From Mayamaea pseudoterrestris (Eukaryota): a stretch of 55,049 nt of DNA. How positions within the stretch are numbered: the first letter of the stretch is position 1; every line of letters begins with the position of its first letter. Both the position numbers and the translations under genes were made by a program. Under the pieces are notes generated by a model, which worked only from the letters and a program-made list of their open reading frames with translations, searched no databases and had not been told where the DNA came from. Location of the stretch: positions 248,001 through 303,049 of the forward strand of contig BROI01000030.1 in the NCBI GenBank assembly GCA_027923505.1, written 5' to 3'. Of the stretch, positions 49,201 to 55,049 are shown piece after piece.

Positions 49201-51244
49201 ATGTTTTGCCTGACTCATTGGGTTGTTGGGTGGCCAGGGCATGGGGCATTGTAGTGGTATGATTCCATAATTTTGGGGTGTTGGCCACACCCATCTTGTA
49301 GACCATTCCATGCTGTAGGCCTCCAGGCAGTCCGTTTTGTACCATGTCAGACCATCCTCATGTCAATGGCACACCTGGACATGTTTTGCATGACTCATTG
49401 GGTTGTTGGGTGATCAGGGGACGGGGCATTGTAGTGGTATGATTCCATAATTTGCGGTGTTGGCCACACCCATTTTGCAGATGGTGTAGGCCTCCAGGCA
49501 GTCCGTTTTTGCACCATTTCAGCCCATCCTCATGTCAATGGCACACCCTGGACATGTTTTGCCTGACTCATTGGGTTGTTGGGTGGCCAGGGCATGGGGC
49601 ATTGTAGTGGTATGATTCCATAATTTGGGGTGTTGGCCACACCCATCTTGTAGACCATTCCATGCTGTAGGCCTCCAGGCAGTCCGTTTTGTACCATGTC
49701 AGACCATCCTCATGTCAATGGCACACCCTGGACATGTTTTGCATGACTCATTGGGTTGTTGGGTGATCAGGGGACGGGGCATTGTAGTGGTATGATTCCA
49801 TAATTTGCGGTGTTGGCCACACCCATTTTGCAGATGGTGTAGGCCTCCAGGCAGTCCGTTTTTGCACCATTTCAGCCCATCCTCATGTCAATGGCACACC
49901 CTGGACATGTTTTGCCTGACTCATTGGGTTGTTGGGTGGCCAGGGCATGGGGCATTGTAGTGGTATGATTCCATAATTTGGGGTGTTGGCCACACCCATC
50001 TTGTAGACCATTCCATGCTGTAGGCCTCCAGGCAGTCCGTTTTGTACCATGTCAGACCATCCTCATGTCAATGGCACACCCTGGACATGTTTTGCATGAC
50101 TCATTGGGTTGTTGGGTGATCACGGGACGGGGCATTGTAGTGGTATGATTCCATAATTTGCGGTGTTGGCCACACCCATTTTCCAGATGGTGTAGGCCTC
50201 CAGGCAGTCCGTTTTGCACCATGTCAGACCATCCTCATGTCAATGGCACACCCTGGACATGTTTTGCCTGACTCATTGGGTTGTTGGGTGGCCAGGGCAT
50301 GGGGCATTGTAGTGGTATGATTCCATAATTTGGGGTGTTGGCCACACCCATCTTGTAGACCATTCCATGCTGTAGGCCTCCAGGCAGTCCGTTTTGTACC
50401 ATGTCAGACCATCCTCATGTCAATGTCACACCCTGGACATGTTTTGCATGACTCATTGGGTTGTTGGGTGATCAGGGGACGGGGCATTGTAGTGGTATGA
50501 TTCCATAATTTGTGGTGTTGGCCACACCCATTTTGCAGATGGTGTAGGCCTCCAGGCAGTCCGTTTTGCACCATTTCAGCCCATCCTCATGTCAATGGCA
50601 CACCCTGGACATGTTTTGCCTGACTCATTGGGTTGTTGGGTGGCCAGGGCATGGGCATTGTAGTGGTATGATTCCATAATTTGGGGTGTTGGCCACACCC
50701 ATCTTGTAGACCATTCCATGCTGTAGGCCTCCAGTTAGTCCGTTTTGTACCATGTCAGACCATCCTCATGTCAATGGCACACCCTGGACATGTTTTGCAT
50801 GACTCATTGGGTTGTTGGGTGATCAGGGGACGGGGCATTGTAGTGGTATGATTCCATAATTTGTGGTGTTGGCCACACCCATTTTGCAGATGGTGTAGGC
50901 CTCCAGGCAGTCCGTTTTGCACCATTTCATGCCATCCTCATGTCAATGGCACACCCTGGACATGTTTTGCCTGACTCATTGGGTTGTTGGGTGGCCAGGG
51001 CATGGGGCATTGTAGTGGTATGATTCCATAATTTGGGGTGTTGGCCACACCCATCTTGTAGACCATTCCATGCTGTAGGCCTCCAGGCAGGCCGTTTTGT
51101 ACCATGTCAGACCATCCTCATGTCAATGGCACACCCTGGACATGTTTGCATGACTCATTGGGTTGTTGGGTGATCAGGGGACGGGGCATTGTAGTGGTAT
51201 GATTCCATAATTTGCGGTGTTGGCCCCCACCCTTTTCGATGGTG
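46226..51244 (+). repeat. Satellite B array (~14 dimers)
   Basis: Same 172/180 monomers. Alternation is irregular over 46.3-48.2 kb and regular afterwards. The variant tttgcggtg is frequent here. Confidence 0.97.
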
Positions 51245-54200
51245 CCAATAAGAATTCACATCATTATTCAGGCTGCGCTACAAGATGGTATGCCTGGCTA
51301 GTCTCAGGGCCATTGGTGACAACTTGTCTCTCTTCCGCAGATGCCGTGACATTCAAACGCCCCTACAGCAGGCCATGTATACACCCAAATGACACCAGAA
51401 TGGTGCTAACATCATTATTCAGGCTGCGCTACAAGATGGTAGGCTAGGCTGGTGTCTCAGGGCATGGCAATGTATTTGGTGACAACTTGTCACCAGTCTC
51501 AGCCCGCAGATGACGTGACATTCAAACGCCCCTACAGGAAGCCCTGTAGGTGCCCAAAATACACCCGAATGGTGCCACCATTATTGTGGCTGCGCTACAA
51601 GTTGGTTTGCTTGACTGGTGTCTCAGGGCATGGCAATGTATTTGGTGACAACTTGTCACCAGTCTCAGCCCGCAGATGTCGTGACATTAAACGCACCTAC
51701 AGCAAGCCCTGTAGGTGCCCAAATTACACCAGACTGGTGCCAACATTATTATTCAAGCTGCGCTACAAGATGGTAGGCTTGGCTGGTGTCTCAGGAGACG
51801 GCAATGATATTGGTGACAACTTGTCACCAGTCTCAGCCTGCAGATGCCGTGACATTCAAACGCCCCTACAGCAGGCATTTAATACACCCAAATGACATCA
51901 GAATGGTGCCAACATCATTATTCAGGCTGCTCAACAAGATGGTATGCCTGGCTAGTGTCTCAGGGGACGGTAATAATATTGGTGACAACTTGTCACCAGT
52001 GTCAGCCTACAGATGCCATGACATTCAAACGCCCTTACAGCAGGCCATGTATACACCCAAATGACACCAGAATGGTGCCAACATCATTATTCAGGCTGAG
52101 CAACACGATGGTATGCCTGGCTAGTGTCTCAGGGGACGGCAATGATATTGGTGACAACTTGTCACCAGTCTCAGCCTGCAGATGCCGTGACATTCAAACG
52201 CCCCTACAGCAGGCCCTGTAGGTGCCCAAAATACACCAGAATATTGCCAACATCAGTATTCAGGCTGCGCTACAAGATGGTATGCCTGGCTAGTGTCTCA
52301 GGGGACGGTAATGATATTGGTGACAACTTGTCACCAGTCTCAGCCTGCAGATGCCGTGACATACAAACGCCCCTACAGCAGGCCATGTATACAACCAAAT
52401 GACACCAGAATGGTGCCAACATCATTACTCAGGCTGCACAACAAGATGGTATGCCTGGCTAGTGTCTCAGGGGACGGCAATGATATTGGTGACAACTTGT
52501 CACCAGTCTCAGTCTGCAGATGCCATGACATTCAAACGCCCCTACATCAGGCCATGTATACACCCAAATGACACCAGAATGGTGCCAACATCATTATTCA
52601 GGCTGCGCAACAAGATGGTATGCCTGGCTAGTGTCTCAGGGGACGGCAATGATATTGGTGACAACTTGTCACCAGTCTCAGCCTGCAAATGCCGTGACAT
52701 TCAAACGCCCTTACAGCAGGCCATGTATACACCCAAATGACACCAGAATGGTGCCAACATCATTATTCAGGCTGAGCAACAAGATGGTATGCCTGGCTAG
52801 TGTCTCAGGGGACGGCAATGATATTGGTGACAACTTGTCACCAGTCTCAGCCTGCAGATGCCGTGACATTCAAACGCCCCTACAGCAGGCCCTGTAGGTG
52901 CCCAAAATACACCAGAATATTGCCAACATCATTATTCAGGCTGCGCTACAAGATGGTATGCCTGGCTAGTGTCTCAGGGGACGGTAATGATATTGGTGAC
53001 AACTTGTCACCAGTCTCAGCCTGCAGATGCCGTGACATTCAAATGCCCCTACAGCAGGCTATGTATACACCCAAATGACACTGGAATGGTGGCAACATCA
53101 TTATTCAGGCTGCGCTACAAGATGGTATGCCTAGCTATTGTCTCAGGGGACAGCAATGATATTGGTGACAACTTGTCACCAGTCTCAGCCCGCGGATGCT
53201 GTGACATTCAAACGCCCCTACAGCAGGCCATGAATATACCCAAATGACACCAGATTGGTGCCATCATCATTATTCAGGCTGCGCTACAAGATGGTATGCC
53301 TGGCTAGTGTCTCAGGGGACAGCAATGACATTGGTGACAACTTGTCACCAGTCTCAGCCTTCAGATGCCGTGACATTCAAACGCCTTTACAGCAGGCCAT
53401 GAATATACCCAAATGACACCAGAATGGTGCCAACATCATTATTCAGGCTGCGCTACAAGATGGTATACCTGGCTAGTGTCTCAGGGGACGGCAATGATAT
53501 TGGTGACAACTTGTCACCAGTCTCAGCCTGCAGATGCCGTGACATTCAAACGCCCCTACAGCAGGCCATGTATACACCCAAATGACACCAGAATGGTGCC
53601 AACATCATTATTCAGGCTGCGCAACAAGATGGTATGCCTGGCTAGTGTCTCAGGGGACAGCAATGATATTGGTGACAACTTGTCACCAGTCTCAGCCTGC
53701 AGATGCCGTGACATTCAAACGCCCCTACAGCAGGCCATGTATACACCCAAATGACACCAGAATGGTGCCAACATCATTATCCAGGCTGCGCAACAAGATG
53801 GTATGCCTGGCTAGTGTCTCAGGGGATGGCAATGATATTGGTGACAACTTGTCACCAGTCTCAGCCTGCAGATGCCGTGACATTCAAACGCCCCTACAGC
53901 AGGCCATGTGTATACCCAAATGTCACCAGAATGGTGCCAACATCATTATTCAAGCTGCGCTACAAGATGGTATGCCTGGCTAGTGTCTCAGGGGACAGCA
54001 ATGACATTGGTGACAACTTGTCACCAGTCTCAGCCTTCAGATGCCGTGACATTCAAACGCCTTTACAGCAGGCCATGAATATACCCAAATGACACCAGAA
54101 TGGTGCCAACATCATTATTCAGGCTGCGCTACAAGCTGGTATGCCTGGCTAGTGTCTCAGGGGACGGCAATGATATTGGTGACAACTTGTCACCAGTCTC

Positions 54201-55049
54201 AGCCTGCAGATGCCGTGACATTCAAACGCCCTTACAGCAGGCTCTGTATACACCCAAATGACACCAGATTGGTGCCATCATCATTATTCAGGCTGCGCTA
54301 CAAGATGGTATGCCTGGCTAGTGTCTCAGGGGACAGCAATGACATTGGTGACAACTTGTCACCAGTCTCAGCCTGCAGATGCCGTGACATTCAAACGCCT
54401 TTACAGCAGGCCATGAATATACCCAAATGACACCAGAATGGTGCCAACATCATTATTCAGGCTGCGCTACAAGATGGTATGCGTGGCTAGTGTCTCAGGG
54501 GACAGCAATGACATTGGTGACAACTTGTCACCAGTCTCAGCCCGCTGGGATGCCGTTTTGACATTCAAACGCCCCTACAGCAGGCCATGTATAACCCAAA
54601 TGCACCAGAATGTTGCCACACCATTAGGCTGCGCTACAAGTTGGTATGCGTGGCTAGTGTCTCAGGGATGGCAATGATATTGGTGACAACTTGTCACCAG
54701 TCTCAGCCGAATGTCGTGACAAAGCCCTACAGCAGGCCCTGGTACACCAAGAGTGCCACATCATTATTCAGGCGCGCTACAAGCCATGCTACGCCGGCAG
54801 GTCACAGGGGTCGGCAAGATATTGGTGACAACTTGTCACCAGGTGTCAGCCTGCGAGATGAGTGACATTCAAATGCCAATACAGCGAGGCCTACATCTCA
54901 AAATGGGCGACACCAGAATGGTGACATCATTATCCAGGCCGCGCTACAAGATGATGCCTGGCTAGGTGTCGGGGAGGAGTGGTGACAACTTGTCACCAGT
55001 CTCAGCCTGCAGATGCCGTGGGCATTCAAACGCCCCTACAGCAGGCCAT
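51245..55049 (-). repeat. Satellite A, reverse orientation (~22 monomers); right arm of the inverted repeat, runs off the window
   Basis: Reverse-complement monomers with a 169-bp period (ORF starts 53413, 53582, 53751). The variant order mirrors 43,073-46,212. Confidence 0.96.

Noticed and set aside
577..54965. Hundreds of 60-200 aa ORFs with recurring peptides (MVPTSLFRLRYK, GDNLSPVS, TTCHQSQP, NYGIIPLQCP)
   Set aside because: They are translations of the satellite. The 169-bp unit is not a multiple of 3, so frames rotate each monomer and hit stops. No recognisable domain.
1..55049. Primate alpha satellite or CENP-B box, given the ~170-bp period
   Set aside because: The sequence does not resemble the AT-rich alphoid consensus, and I saw no TTCG-N4-A-N2-CGGG in either monomer.

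Overview
This is a eukaryotic satellite-DNA window, about 98% tandem repeat, with no credible protein-coding gene. Two satellite families alternate in eight blocks. Satellite A is a 169-bp monomer with three subfamilies (A1, A2, A3), present in both orientations. Satellite B is a 352-bp dimer of 172-bp and 180-bp monomers, always in the same orientation. The order is A1/A3(+) | A2(-) | copia fragment | B | A2(+) | B | A(+) | B | A(-). The only non-satellite island (17,144-~17,855) is the 3' end of a minus-strand Ty1/copia LTR retrotransposon. It shows a frameshifted RNase H C-terminus (PHSTLSKR...VREAIA...NVADVLTKFL...LFWKGDT), a polypurine tract and a complete 329-bp TG...CA LTR. From memory the peptide resembles diatom-type (CoDi) copia elements, which needs a search to confirm. 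Notable structure includes a canonical G-quadruplex motif in both B monomer types, three dyads in A1 monomers, ~3.1-kb inverted satellite-A arms around a B block, a TTAGGGTTAGG at one A/B junction, and a near-exact 2,925-bp tandem duplication. Most block edges are degraded by indel-type noise typical of poorly polished long-read consensus, so the junctions and the duplication may be assembly artefacts. I found no new protein-coding system; the novelty, if any, lies in the satellite architecture.
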